Origin: Akkermansiaceae bacterium
GTDB taxonomy: Bacteria; Verrucomicrobiota; Verrucomicrobiia; Verrucomicrobiales; Akkermansiaceae
Length of the DNA: 64,000 bases
Reading direction: 5' to 3'
Assembly: GCA_051251915.1 (NCBI GenBank)
Contig: JBPOGF010000011.1
Location: 78,212 to 142,211, forward strand
Positions 31,014-40,341 of this stretch are shown here, piece after piece. A program made the translations under genes and the position numbers. The notes beneath the pieces were generated by a model. The model had not been told where the DNA came from, made no database searches, and saw nothing but the letters and a program-made list of their open reading frames with translations. Each line of letters opens with the position of its first letter. Position 1 is the first letter of the stretch.

Positions 31014-31604
31014 ATGGAACTACAAGAAGCACTAGACATCGTTAGCTATAAAATAGGTCTCAGATTTGGTGAGACTGCTCTGGGGGATGAGTTATTTCTC
31101 GAAGAGAAAATCCACGAAGCCATCCGCGACAAAGCCGCCGGTTCCGAAAAAGAAATAGACCTCAAAGTCTACATGGTAGCCACCCAAATGGTCTCCGCAG
31201 AAAGAACCCGCCTATTCAAGCTGAAGAACGAAAACTTCCTCACAGAAAATGCAACCAATAGCGACGTAGTCACCACCCCATCTGGACTCCAATACAAAGT
31301 CATCCAGCCCGCAGAAGAAAATTCAGCTAAACCAAAACCAACGGACAGCGTAACCGTCCACTACACCGGTAAGCTCACCTGCGGCACCGTTTTCGATAGC
31401 AGCCACGAGCGAGGAAGCCCAGCCACATTCGCACTAGAAAAAGTCATCTCCGGTTGGTCAGAAGCACTCCAACTCATGCAAGTAGGCGAGAAATTCCAGA
31501 TCTATGTCCCACAAGGAATCGGCTACGGCAAACGCGGCGTCGGTAGCGACATCCCACCCTACGCCACCCTCGTCTTCGACGTCGAGCTACTCGCTATTTC
31601 ATAA
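31014..31604 (+). CDS. FKBP-type peptidyl-prolyl isomerase, second paralog
   Basis: SGLQY, VTVHYTGKLTCGTVFDSS, VISGWSEALQLM, LVFDVEL. Confidence 0.95.
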   Translation: MELQEALDIVSYKIGLRFGETALGDELFLEEKIHEAIRDKAAGSEKEIDLKVYMVATQMVSAERTRLFKLKNENFLTENATNSDVVTTPSGLQYKVIQPAEENSAKPKPTDSVTVHYTGKLTCGTVFDSSHERGSPATFALEKVISGWSEALQLMQVGEKFQIYVPQGIGYGKRGVGSDIPPYATLVFDVELLAIS

Positions 31605-31613
31605 ATTTAAAAA

Positions 31614-32318
31614 ATGTCGCACACCCCAGCACCATCACTAAACATTCTCTACCAAGACGAATGGATGGTCGCCATAGACAAACCCGCAGGCTGGCTAGTC
31701 CACCCAGCCAGTGAACCACAGGAAGACGATCTCGTCGCCATGAAAGTCCTTCGAGACCAAATCGGCGAACGCGTCTACACCATCCACCGCATCGACCGCC
31801 CCACCACCGGCGTCCTCCTCATGGGCATCGACCGCGAGATCTCCCAAGCCCTCCACCAAGCCCTCGCAGCCCACCAAATGCAGAAAACCTACTGGGCCAT
31901 CATCCACGGCAGAACCCCAGACACAGAATGGGACTGCACACAGCCCATCCAAAAAGAAGCAGACAAACCCATCCGCGACGCCCACACCAGCTTCCAACTG
32001 TTAGAAACTGTTAGACACCCCGCTCTAACGAATTCGCCAGACATAGAAGTAGACAAACTCTCCCTCATCCAAGCAACCCCACACACCGGCAGATTCCACC
32101 AAATCCGCAGACACCTCCTCCACGCAGGCTTCCCCATCATCGGCGACTACCGCTACGGAGGCATCGAGCGTTGTGACCAGCTTGGCACCCTCCTAGACAC
32201 CGGCTCCCGCATGCTCCTCATGGCAAAAAAACTACAATTCACCCACCCCGTCACCAAAGCTCCCATCACCATCGAAGCCCCCACTGAACCCATGTTCACC
32301 AAGTGCTTCCTAGGCTAA
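31614..32318 (+). CDS. RluA/TruC family pseudouridine synthase
   Basis: DKPAGWLVH, catalytic HRIDRPTTG, TGRFHQIRRH, PIIGDYRYG. Confidence 0.92.
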   Translation: MSHTPAPSLNILYQDEWMVAIDKPAGWLVHPASEPQEDDLVAMKVLRDQIGERVYTIHRIDRPTTGVLLMGIDREISQALHQALAAHQMQKTYWAIIHGRTPDTEWDCTQPIQKEADKPIRDAHTSFQLLETVRHPALTNSPDIEVDKLSLIQATPHTGRFHQIRRHLLHAGFPIIGDYRYGGIERCDQLGTLLDTGSRMLLMAKKLQFTHPVTKAPITIEAPTEPMFTKCFLG

Positions 32319-32373
32319 AATTTCACATAAAAATAAGTTTCCAAATTCGCAATGTGGGCTAACTTACCCGATA

Positions 32374-33822
32374 ATGCGAATCCTCACTTTCCTTTCCTTT
32401 CTCCTCACCGCTCACCTCACCTTCGCCGCCACCTACGTGCGCAGCAATGAGCGTCCACCAGCATTCCCACGCGAATTCCGTGGAGCATGGGTCGCCTGCG
32501 TCTATAACATCGACTGGCCCAGTAAACCCGGCCTCTCCCAAGCCGCCCAGAAAGCCGAACTCAACACCATCATCGCCCGCGCCGCAGAATACAAACTCAA
32601 CGCCATCATCTTCCAAGTCCGCCCTAACGCAGACGCCGCATACTATTCTAAATACGAGCCCTTCAGCCACTGGATCTCCGGCACCATGGGGAAATCATCC
32701 GGCTATGACCCCCTCGCTTATTGCATCAACGAAGCCCACAAAAAAGGCATCGAAGTACACGCTTGGTTCAACCCCTTCCGTGCCCTGCCTAATGCCAGCA
32801 TGGCCACCTCCAACAATCACGTCACCCGCACCAATCCCTCAGAAATTAAAAATTTCCGTAACTACAAATGGATGAACCCTGCATCCAGCTTCGCACGCCA
32901 ACGCGCACTCAACGTAATGCTCGATGTAGCCCGCCGCTACGATATCGACGGCATCCACATCGACGACTACTTCTATCCATACCCAGAGCTACATAACAAT
33001 GGAACCCCAAAACAAATCTTCCCCGACGGTAAAAACCCAGCCTCACGCCGCTACTACGTAGATGCCTTCGTTAAGCAAATGTACACCTCCATCAAACAAG
33101 TCAAACCACACCTCCGCGTAGGCATTAGCCCCTTCGGCATCTGGAAACCCGGCGTCCCAAGTGGCACCTCAGCCAATATCAATGCCTACGAGCACCTCGC
33201 CGCAGACTCCCGCAAATGGCTCAAAAACGGCTGGTGTGATTACCTCTCACCACAACTCTACTGGAGAATCAAATCAGACCAATCCTTCACCAAGCTCCTC
33301 TACTGGTGGCGCGGAGAAAGTGAATCTTCCCCCTACAAACGCCCCGTCTGGCCAGGCCTCGCCACAGACCGCGTCCTCTCCACCACTGACCCCGGTCGCC
33401 CCGCATCAGAAATGCTAAACCAAGTCAACCTCAGCCGCACAATCGGTAAAAATTGGGCCGGCCACGTCCACTGGAGCATGAAATCCCTCATGCAAAATAG
33501 AGGCGGAGTCACCACCAAGCTAAAAGGCGGAGCCTACATCGCCCCCGCACTCATCCCACCCATGTCATGGATCCCAAGCGTAGCACCCGCACCACCAGCC
33601 GCATCCATCAGTCTAAAATCTGGCTACATCGCAGCCACCTGGCCCCGCGTACCAGGCGCATCCAAATACACCGTCCAGATCCGCCAAGGCAAACAATGGC
33701 ACTCCATCGTAGTCACCTACGGCAACGGCGCCAGCATCCAAGGCAAACCAGATGCCATCGCCATCTCAGCCGTAAACCGAGTCGGAGTAGCCAGCACCCC
33801 ATCAGTCTATACCCTCAGATAA
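32374..33822 (+). CDS. Glycoside hydrolase-like family 10 (YddW/DigH-like) secreted protein
   Basis: REFRGAW, NIDWPS, VHAWFNPFR, YDIDGIHIDDYFYPY, DYLSPQLYW. Confidence 0.88.
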   Translation: MRILTFLSFLLTAHLTFAATYVRSNERPPAFPREFRGAWVACVYNIDWPSKPGLSQAAQKAELNTIIARAAEYKLNAIIFQVRPNADAAYYSKYEPFSHWISGTMGKSSGYDPLAYCINEAHKKGIEVHAWFNPFRALPNASMATSNNHVTRTNPSEIKNFRNYKWMNPASSFARQRALNVMLDVARRYDIDGIHIDDYFYPYPELHNNGTPKQIFPDGKNPASRRYYVDAFVKQMYTSIKQVKPHLRVGISPFGIWKPGVPSGTSANINAYEHLAADSRKWLKNGWCDYLSPQLYWRIKSDQSFTKLLYWWRGESESSPYKRPVWPGLATDRVLSTTDPGRPASEMLNQVNLSRTIGKNWAGHVHWSMKSLMQNRGGVTTKLKGGAYIAPALIPPMSWIPSVAPAPPAASISLKSGYIAATWPRVPGASKYTVQIRQGKQWHSIVVTYGNGASIQGKPDAIAISAVNRVGVASTPSVYTLR

Positions 33823-33893
33823 CAAGATAATCTAAAGCCATTTTCAACATCATTAAGTGGTCTCAAACTCAACTATTTAATATAAGTTAAATA

Positions 33894-33922
33894 TTGATTT
33901 ATGAGAAGTCCCGTGCGATATT
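33894..33922 (+). promoter_or_regulatory. Putative leaderless promoter of the L,D-transpeptidase gene
   Basis: TTGATT-17-GATATT with TG extension, 6 nt before ATG 33929. Confidence 0.5.
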
Positions 33923-33928
33923 GAGCTT

Positions 33929-34978
33929 ATGAAATATCCCCTTTTATTTTTCACATTCTTACTACTTGCACTCACGCACTTCGCCACAGCTAAAGAGCTC
34001 CCCGCTCAGCAACTAGAGGACATCCAGTTACAAATCTACCTAGACCAACAACACTTTGGCCCAGGAGTTCTAGACGGCAAACCAGGCAGATACACCCGCA
34101 TGGCAATAGAAGCCTACAACCAAAAATTCGGCTTCAACGCTGCAGACGAAACAGCAGTTCGTGACTCAGCTAAAACCCAAGTCACTCGCATCTTCGCCCT
34201 CGCAACGGTCCCTACAATTGCCGAAAAATTCGTTAATCGTAACCTACCAAGTGATAGCAACCGTGAACTCCAAGCCAAACAAAAACAACTTTCCTACCGC
34301 TCACTCGCAGAATTCATGGCGGAAAGATACCACACCACCGAGGACATCCTCATCGCCATCAACGGCTACAGCAAAATCAAAAACCTCAAACTCCGCTCCC
34401 CCATCCAAGTCCCTAATGTAAAACCCTTCCTCATCGAAGACATGAGCAACGGCAAAGGCTATAAAGAAGACATCGACCTCAGCCGACGCTGGGTAGTCAT
34501 CGACACCCAGAAAAACCAACTCCGCATCTTCGAAGCTAGGTTTGCTCAACTATCAGCGGAAGAAAAAGAAAAAGTCCCAGCAAAAGCCATGATCGTAGAA
34601 GACGATTACCAACCATGGGACGAATCCAAAGCCAAACTCATCGCCGCATTCCCCATCACTCCAGGAAAGAAAAAGTTCACCCACTACGGTGAATGGAAAA
34701 TCAAAAACGCCATCGAGTTCCCAACCTGGCGCTACGATCCATCGCTCCTCCACACCGGCGTCAGAAGCAAAAACTACCTAGACATCCCAGCAGGGCCTAA
34801 CAATCCAGTAGGCGTCCTCTGGATGGGCCTCACCAAATCCGGTATCGGCATCCACGGCACCAACAGCCCACGCACCATCGGCAGAGCCATCTCCTCAGGC
34901 TGCATCAGAATGGCCAACTGGGACGTAGTCCACGTCCCTAAATACGCCCGCCCCGGCTCAACAGTCATCATTAAATAG
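33929..34978 (+). CDS. L,D-transpeptidase (YkuD domain)
   Basis: GPNNPVG, GIHGT, SSGCIRM catalytic His/Cys motif; signal peptide. Confidence 0.92.
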   Translation: MKYPLLFFTFLLLALTHFATAKELPAQQLEDIQLQIYLDQQHFGPGVLDGKPGRYTRMAIEAYNQKFGFNAADETAVRDSAKTQVTRIFALATVPTIAEKFVNRNLPSDSNRELQAKQKQLSYRSLAEFMAERYHTTEDILIAINGYSKIKNLKLRSPIQVPNVKPFLIEDMSNGKGYKEDIDLSRRWVVIDTQKNQLRIFEARFAQLSAEEKEKVPAKAMIVEDDYQPWDESKAKLIAAFPITPGKKKFTHYGEWKIKNAIEFPTWRYDPSLLHTGVRSKNYLDIPAGPNNPVGVLWMGLTKSGIGIHGTNSPRTIGRAISSGCIRMANWDVVHVPKYARPGSTVIIK

Positions 34979-35004
34979 CTCCAAAAAAACCGTCATAAGA
35001 TCTC

Positions 35005-35436
35005 ATGACACTCGCTGCATCAGATCCCCCTCTCTACCTCATCATCCTCATCCCGACACTAATGATCGGGTTCTGGTGCTTTGTCTGTTTCATCCTCTCG
35101 TTCGTTGGCGGCTGGGGACGCATGGCAAAACGTTACCCAAGCAACAACCTCCCCACAGGAGACCGATTCACCAGCAGAAGCCTCAAAGTAGGTCTCACAA
35201 ACTACAATCGCTGCCTCACCATTCACGCCAATCAAGAAGGAATCCACCTGGCCATCTGGCTTATATTCCGCCCAGGCCACCCACCTATATTCTTACCTTG
35301 GTCAGAATTAAAAAATCAACGACCATCCTCCTTCCTCTGGATAAACTACCTCCGCGTAGAAGTCGGCTCCCCAAAAACAACCACCCTCTCCATCCCCGAA
35401 AAAGACTTCAAAGCGTTCCTATCGAACCGACATTGA
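35005..35436 (+). CDS. Hypothetical membrane-anchored protein
   Basis: N-terminal TM segment; GGWGRMAKRYP and HPPIFLPW motifs. Confidence 0.7.
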   Translation: MTLAASDPPLYLIILIPTLMIGFWCFVCFILSFVGGWGRMAKRYPSNNLPTGDRFTSRSLKVGLTNYNRCLTIHANQEGIHLAIWLIFRPGHPPIFLPWSELKNQRPSSFLWINYLRVEVGSPKTTTLSIPEKDFKAFLSNRH

Positions 35437-35495
35437 GATTGTAGTTGAGTTTAGGTCGCTGTATATCTCAACTATTCAGCCACAAACTCCACCAC

Positions 35496-36089
35496 ATGAA
35501 CCCATATCTCCAAGCCTCTGAAATCGCAGATTTTAAGCACCCCCAAGTCTCTGCAAAAGCCCAAGAACTAGCCAACTCTTGCAACGACCCAGCCACCCCA
35601 GAAGCAATTGCAAAAGCATGTTTCGAATGGGTCCGTGACCACGTCAACCACAGCGGAGATATAAAATCAGCAGGAAACGCCAACTCCGCCTCAGAAGTAT
35701 TAAAAGCCGGAAATGCCTGGTGCTTCGGTAAATCCCACCTTCTCGTAGCCCTCCTCAGAGCCAACCACATCCCAGCCGCATTTTGCTACCAACGCGTCCG
35801 TAAAGACGACCTCGGCGGCTTCACACTCCACGGACTCGTCAGCATCGAACTCCCCCACCACGGCTGGTATCGAGTCGACCCCAGAGGCAATAAACAAGGA
35901 GTAAACGCACAATTCACCCCTCCACACGAGCAGCTCGCCTGGCCCACAACATCAGAAGGCGAAATAGACTTCCTTGAGAAATTCCCCGAACCCCAGAACG
36001 TAGTCTGCGAATGGATACCTAGAAACACCTCCCACCAACAAGCCCTCGACACCCTCCCAGATCTAACAACACTCCCACATCAGCGTTGA
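35496..36089 (+). CDS. Transglutaminase-like protein
   Basis: FEWVRD, WCFGKSHLLVALLR, LHG, WYRVDPRG (Cys-His-Asp triad); start at ATG 35496. Confidence 0.88.
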   Translation: MNPYLQASEIADFKHPQVSAKAQELANSCNDPATPEAIAKACFEWVRDHVNHSGDIKSAGNANSASEVLKAGNAWCFGKSHLLVALLRANHIPAAFCYQRVRKDDLGGFTLHGLVSIELPHHGWYRVDPRGNKQGVNAQFTPPHEQLAWPTTSEGEIDFLEKFPEPQNVVCEWIPRNTSHQQALDTLPDLTTLPHQR

Positions 36090-36231
36090 CCCAGGCAATC
36101 CAGCCAGCCTCAAAACACTAGATATCATCTGAGCTACATTCATCGATGAAGTAGACGTCCCAGAAAATACCCCTCACTACCTCCATCGCTCATTCAAAAA
36201 ACACCGATATGAATGGGATCTCAGTAACTAA
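36079..36231 (+). pseudogene. C-terminal remnant of a GNAT acetyltransferase with an internal stop
   Basis: Reads ISVDPGNPASLKTLDII*ATFIDEVDVPENTPHYLHRSFKKHRYEWDLSN*. Resembles GNAT motif B (D-x-x-N-x-A-S...G); TGA at 36130 sits where Gly is expected. Confidence 0.6.
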
Positions 36232-36240
36232 TCTAACACC

Positions 36241-36675
36241 ATGAACATTGCCCCAGTAACCAACCAACACAAAACAATACTCTTCAACATCCATGAAACC
36301 TGCTTCCGCCACCACATCGAAGAAATCTGGGGCTGGGATGACATGTGGCAATGGGATTACTTTTGCAAAGAATGGGATCAATCCAAATGGAGACTCCTAC
36401 TAGAGAACGACCAAGTAATAGGCTACCTCTGCTGGACACTAGAACCAGAACACCTCTACCTAAAGAACATCTCACTCATCCCTGAATACCAAGGCAGAGG
36501 ACTAGGTAAACTAGCCATGAAATTCATCCAAGACCTCGCCACAAAAAACAATCTCCCCATCAAATTATCAGTATTCCGCTCCAACAAACGCGTCCAGAAA
36601 TTCTATGAAAACCTAGGTTTTAAAATCTCCAAAGTTTTAGAAACAGGCGTCCGCATGACCAAACCCCATGAATAA
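36241..36675 (+). CDS. GNAT family N-acetyltransferase
   Basis: PEYQGRGLG acetyl-CoA motif; NKRVQKFYENLGF. Confidence 0.9.
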   Translation: MNIAPVTNQHKTILFNIHETCFRHHIEEIWGWDDMWQWDYFCKEWDQSKWRLLLENDQVIGYLCWTLEPEHLYLKNISLIPEYQGRGLGKLAMKFIQDLATKNNLPIKLSVFRSNKRVQKFYENLGFKISKVLETGVRMTKPHE

Positions 36676-37210
36676 AGAAATTAACAAAATCATGATTATA
36701 GGGTGCTGTGGAGCGGGAAAATCCACACTTTCATTCAAACTCAAAGAACATTTCAAACTCCCCCTCTACCACCTAGACCGCCTATTCTGGAAACCAGGTT
36801 GGATCCAAGCAGAACGAAATGATTACATCGCCAAACATCAAGAAATCATTGAAAAACCACAGTGGATCATCGACGGGAACTACAGCTTCACCATGCCAGA
36901 TCGACTCGAAAAAGCAGACTTAATCATCTGCATGGATCTACCACGCTGGCTATGTATATGGGGGATTTTCAAGCGCCGAATCCAATACAGAAATAAATCC
37001 CGTCCAGACATGACCACCGGCTGCAACGAGCGACTCGAATGGGAATTCACAAAATATGTCTGGAACTTCCACCGTGACCAACGCCCAAAACTAATGGAAC
37101 ATCTTGCAGATATCAAAGGACAGAAACCCATCCACATCCTGACCAGCAGAAAGCAAACTGCCCGTCTGTTAGATGCCATTGTTCATGATTCTAATGAGCC
37201 CCATCAATAA
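36668..37210 (+). CDS. FlaR-like / adenylate-kinase-like P-loop protein ('topology modulation protein')
   Basis: IIGCCGAGKSTL, HLDRLFWKPGW, WIIDGNY, RPDMTTGC. Confidence 0.85.
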   Translation: MNKEINKIMIIGCCGAGKSTLSFKLKEHFKLPLYHLDRLFWKPGWIQAERNDYIAKHQEIIEKPQWIIDGNYSFTMPDRLEKADLIICMDLPRWLCIWGIFKRRIQYRNKSRPDMTTGCNERLEWEFTKYVWNFHRDQRPKLMEHLADIKGQKPIHILTSRKQTARLLDAIVHDSNEPHQ

Positions 37211-37319
37211 AGGCTCACCGAAAATCGAGTATTTCCAAGCTTGATCGTTTCGCGCTTGTAAATCACCGAGAATGAAAGAATCTGGAACTTCTTATCCGTA
37301 ATTCACCTCAATACTTATC

Positions 37320-38438
37320 ATGACTCAAGATCCACACCCCTTCTCCGCTAAAGAAATGTCCACACGCTTGGCTAACATCCGAGCCGCCATGTCAGCCAGC
37401 AATCTTGACGCCATCATCACCACCGACGCCTCAAACGTCCGCTACACCACCGGCTTCCGTGGCGAACCCCGCACCCTCCTCATCACCGCCGACGAGCTCA
37501 TCCTATTCACCTCATTCAGAACCCTCCCATGGGCACAAGAACAGACCAAAAACATTACCTCTAACATCCAACTCAACACCTCCCCAACCGCCCTAACAGA
37601 CATCGCAAAAAAACTTACCTCTAAGCCACTAAAAATCGGCATCGACCGCTATGTAAGTCAGCATACATTCCTCACCTGGCAATCCACCTTCCCCACCCAC
37701 CAACTCCAGCCCGTATCCATCATAGAACAAGTTCGCCAATTCAAATCCCCCGCAGAAATCTCCCTGATGCAGCACTCCCAAGTCATCAACGAAACCATCT
37801 TCAACAACGTCATCTCCCAAATCAAACCTGGCATGACCGAGCGATCCGTCCAAGGACTCATCCTCACAGAAATGGCTGCCAACACAGAAGTCGACGGCTA
37901 CTCATTCAACCCCATCGTCGCCGTCGGCCCAAACGCATGGGAAATCCACCACCTCCCAGACCACACCGTCATCAAAGAAAATGACATGATCCTCATCGAC
38001 CACGGCGTCTTCTACCAAGGCTACGCATCAGACATGACCCGCACCGTCTGCCTAGGCACAGCCACCGATGAAATGCACACCATCTACAACACCGTAGGCA
38101 CCGCCCAGAAAGCCGCCATCAACGCCATCAAACCCGGCACCACCACCTTCGCAATAGACCAAGCAGCACGCCAAATCATCACCACCGCCGGACACGCACG
38201 CTGCTTCACCCACGGCCTCGGCCACAGTATCGGCCTAGAAACCCACGACCCAGGCCCCAACTTTAACCAAAACGACAACGGCGACACCCTCGCCCCCGGC
38301 ATGGCATTCACCGTCGAGCCCGGCATCTACCTAGAAAACGGCTTTGGCGTCCGCACAGAAGACGTCATCATCGTTACAGAAACTGGCCACACCAACCTCA
38401 CCGCCCAATCCCACCAACTCATCGAACTATCACTCTAA
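37320..38438 (+). CDS. M24 family Xaa-Pro peptidase
   Basis: Creatinase-like N-domain (NVRYTTGF); metal ligands in IDHG, SDMTRT, HGLGH, TVEPG, RTED. Confidence 0.9.
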   Translation: MTQDPHPFSAKEMSTRLANIRAAMSASNLDAIITTDASNVRYTTGFRGEPRTLLITADELILFTSFRTLPWAQEQTKNITSNIQLNTSPTALTDIAKKLTSKPLKIGIDRYVSQHTFLTWQSTFPTHQLQPVSIIEQVRQFKSPAEISLMQHSQVINETIFNNVISQIKPGMTERSVQGLILTEMAANTEVDGYSFNPIVAVGPNAWEIHHLPDHTVIKENDMILIDHGVFYQGYASDMTRTVCLGTATDEMHTIYNTVGTAQKAAINAIKPGTTTFAIDQAARQIITTAGHARCFTHGLGHSIGLETHDPGPNFNQNDNGDTLAPGMAFTVEPGIYLENGFGVRTEDVIIVTETGHTNLTAQSHQLIELSL

Positions 38439-38453
38439 CAACAAATTTCCACC

Positions 38454-39353
38454 ATGCTCCAGAACTACAACGAAAACAACAAAGACATCATCGTCTACAT
38501 CGACGGCAAACTCGTCCACCGCGACCAAGCAGGCATCTCACCCTTCGACTCCTCCGTCCAAAATGGGGACACCTGCTGGGAAGGACTACGCCTCTACGAT
38601 GGTAAAATTTTCAAACTAGAAGAACACCTAGACCGCCTCTACAACAGCGCCTCCCTCCTCCGCTACCAAGGCCTCCCCACCCGCGAAGAAATCATAGAAG
38701 CCATCAAAAAAACTCTCGACGCTAACAACATGCACGATGCTGTCCACCTCAGACTCATCCTCTCCCGCGGCCTCAAATACACCTCCGGTCTAGACCCCCG
38801 CATCAACACCAAAGGCTGCTCCCTCTTCATCCTCGCCGAGCACAAAGCCCCCGTCTACGACCAATCCGGCCTCACCCTCATCACCGCAAAACAACGCCGC
38901 CCATTCGCAAACGTCCTCGACCAGCACATCCACTCATCAAACCAACTCACCTCCATCCTAGCCAAGCTCGAAGCCAACGACGCCGGTGCTGACGATGCCC
39001 TCATGTTAGACACCGAAGGAAATCTAGCAGAAACCAACGCCACCCACGTCTTCCTCGTCAAAGACAACACCATCCTCACCTCCACCACCAAAGCCTGCCC
39101 CACCGGCATCACTCGAGATACCCTCATTAAAATGTGCGCGGAACATAGCTTCCCACTAGAAATCCGCGACATCCCAGAAGCCGAGATCCACCTAGCAGAC
39201 GAAGTCTTCTGCACCGGCACCATGGGAGAAATCATCGCAGTAACAAAAGTAGACAACACCATCTACAACAACGGACAACCCGGCACAATGACCCTAAAAC
39301 TAGCTAAAATATACAAGGAACTTACCCAAACAATCGGCTACCCCATGACCTAG
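38454..39353 (+). CDS. Class IV aminotransferase-like protein
   Basis: GDTCWEGLR, HLDRLYNSA, GITR, ADEVFCTGTMGE. Confidence 0.88.
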   Translation: MLQNYNENNKDIIVYIDGKLVHRDQAGISPFDSSVQNGDTCWEGLRLYDGKIFKLEEHLDRLYNSASLLRYQGLPTREEIIEAIKKTLDANNMHDAVHLRLILSRGLKYTSGLDPRINTKGCSLFILAEHKAPVYDQSGLTLITAKQRRPFANVLDQHIHSSNQLTSILAKLEANDAGADDALMLDTEGNLAETNATHVFLVKDNTILTSTTKACPTGITRDTLIKMCAEHSFPLEIRDIPEAEIHLADEVFCTGTMGEIIAVTKVDNTIYNNGQPGTMTLKLAKIYKELTQTIGYPMT

Positions 39354-39404
39354 CTCTCCCACATTCCTGCTTGCCTTCATCCCCCAATCAGTGACCATGA
39401 TAAA

Positions 39405-40319
39405 ATGAAAACCTTCAAAATCGTAGCCACCATCAACACCCCAGTAGAAACCTGCTGGAACGCCTGGACAAATGTGCAGATCGCAAAAAAATGGCTAGGT
39501 ACAACACATTGCGGAACCAAACCAGGTCATGACTACCGCATTTCCACCCCCATCCCCTACCTTTCAGGAAGACACCAAATCTCAGAAATCACCCCCAACC
39601 AAAACCTAAAACTCAACTATTCCCTAGATGGATGGCCAGCAGAAGTCGTCGTTCAATTTGACGAAGAAGAAAACAAAACCAAACTCACAATCGACTTCTC
39701 AATAGACACCACAGCCGCGCCAGAACACATCGAACCACTATCTACCTCAGGAAAACTCTTCTACTTTATCAGAGGAAGCTGGAACCATGCCATCTTCAGA
39801 TTACGCAGTCTACTAGAAGATCAAAATCTTGGTGTATTCATCGATAATAAAAATAATGATCATGAAATCAACCTCTCCATCGATATCAAATCCACCCCAG
39901 AAAAACTCTACAACGCATTATTAGACGTAAAGCAAATGCAACAATGGGCTGGTTCAGATTTCGTCCTAGATGAAAGCATAATAGACCCAAAAGTAGACGG
40001 AATCTACAGCTACGCATGGTATCCAAAAGACACCCCAGAACAAGACCTCCAAGACGGCCCCAGTAAAATTCTCCAACTAGAACCCAACAAACTCCTAGTC
40101 CACAACTGGCATGGCGGCCAAAAAATCGCCGAAATATCTTGGTTACTAGAAGACATAGGCAACGGCATCACCCGCCTAAAATTCAAACACAGCCCCATCC
40201 TCGGCCACACCCACGGAAACGTCTGGAGCTACCGCTCAGGCTGGTCAGAAGGCCTTTACGATCTCAAATGGTATGCCGAACGCGGCGAACTCAATAATTA
40301 CTGGATCACTAGCAAATAA
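39405..40319 (+). CDS. Tandem SRPBCC/AHA1-domain protein
   Basis: Two repeats with P-x-x-x-W/Y-x-A at the start and GSW/SGW in the C-terminal helix. Confidence 0.8.
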   Translation: MKTFKIVATINTPVETCWNAWTNVQIAKKWLGTTHCGTKPGHDYRISTPIPYLSGRHQISEITPNQNLKLNYSLDGWPAEVVVQFDEEENKTKLTIDFSIDTTAAPEHIEPLSTSGKLFYFIRGSWNHAIFRLRSLLEDQNLGVFIDNKNNDHEINLSIDIKSTPEKLYNALLDVKQMQQWAGSDFVLDESIIDPKVDGIYSYAWYPKDTPEQDLQDGPSKILQLEPNKLLVHNWHGGQKIAEISWLLEDIGNGITRLKFKHSPILGHTHGNVWSYRSGWSEGLYDLKWYAERGELNNYWITSK

Positions 40320-40341
40320 TCTTTCAGCCACCCTCAAGATA

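Noticed and set aside
36130..36132. In-frame TGA as selenocysteine or programmed readthrough
   Set aside because: It falls at an expected Gly, the fragment has no start codon and I see no SECIS-like hairpin; decay is the simpler explanation.
37216..37275. Direct repeat TCACCGA(A/G)AAT upstream of the M24 gene
   Set aside because: Only two imperfect 11-mers; could be an operator but cannot be told from chance.
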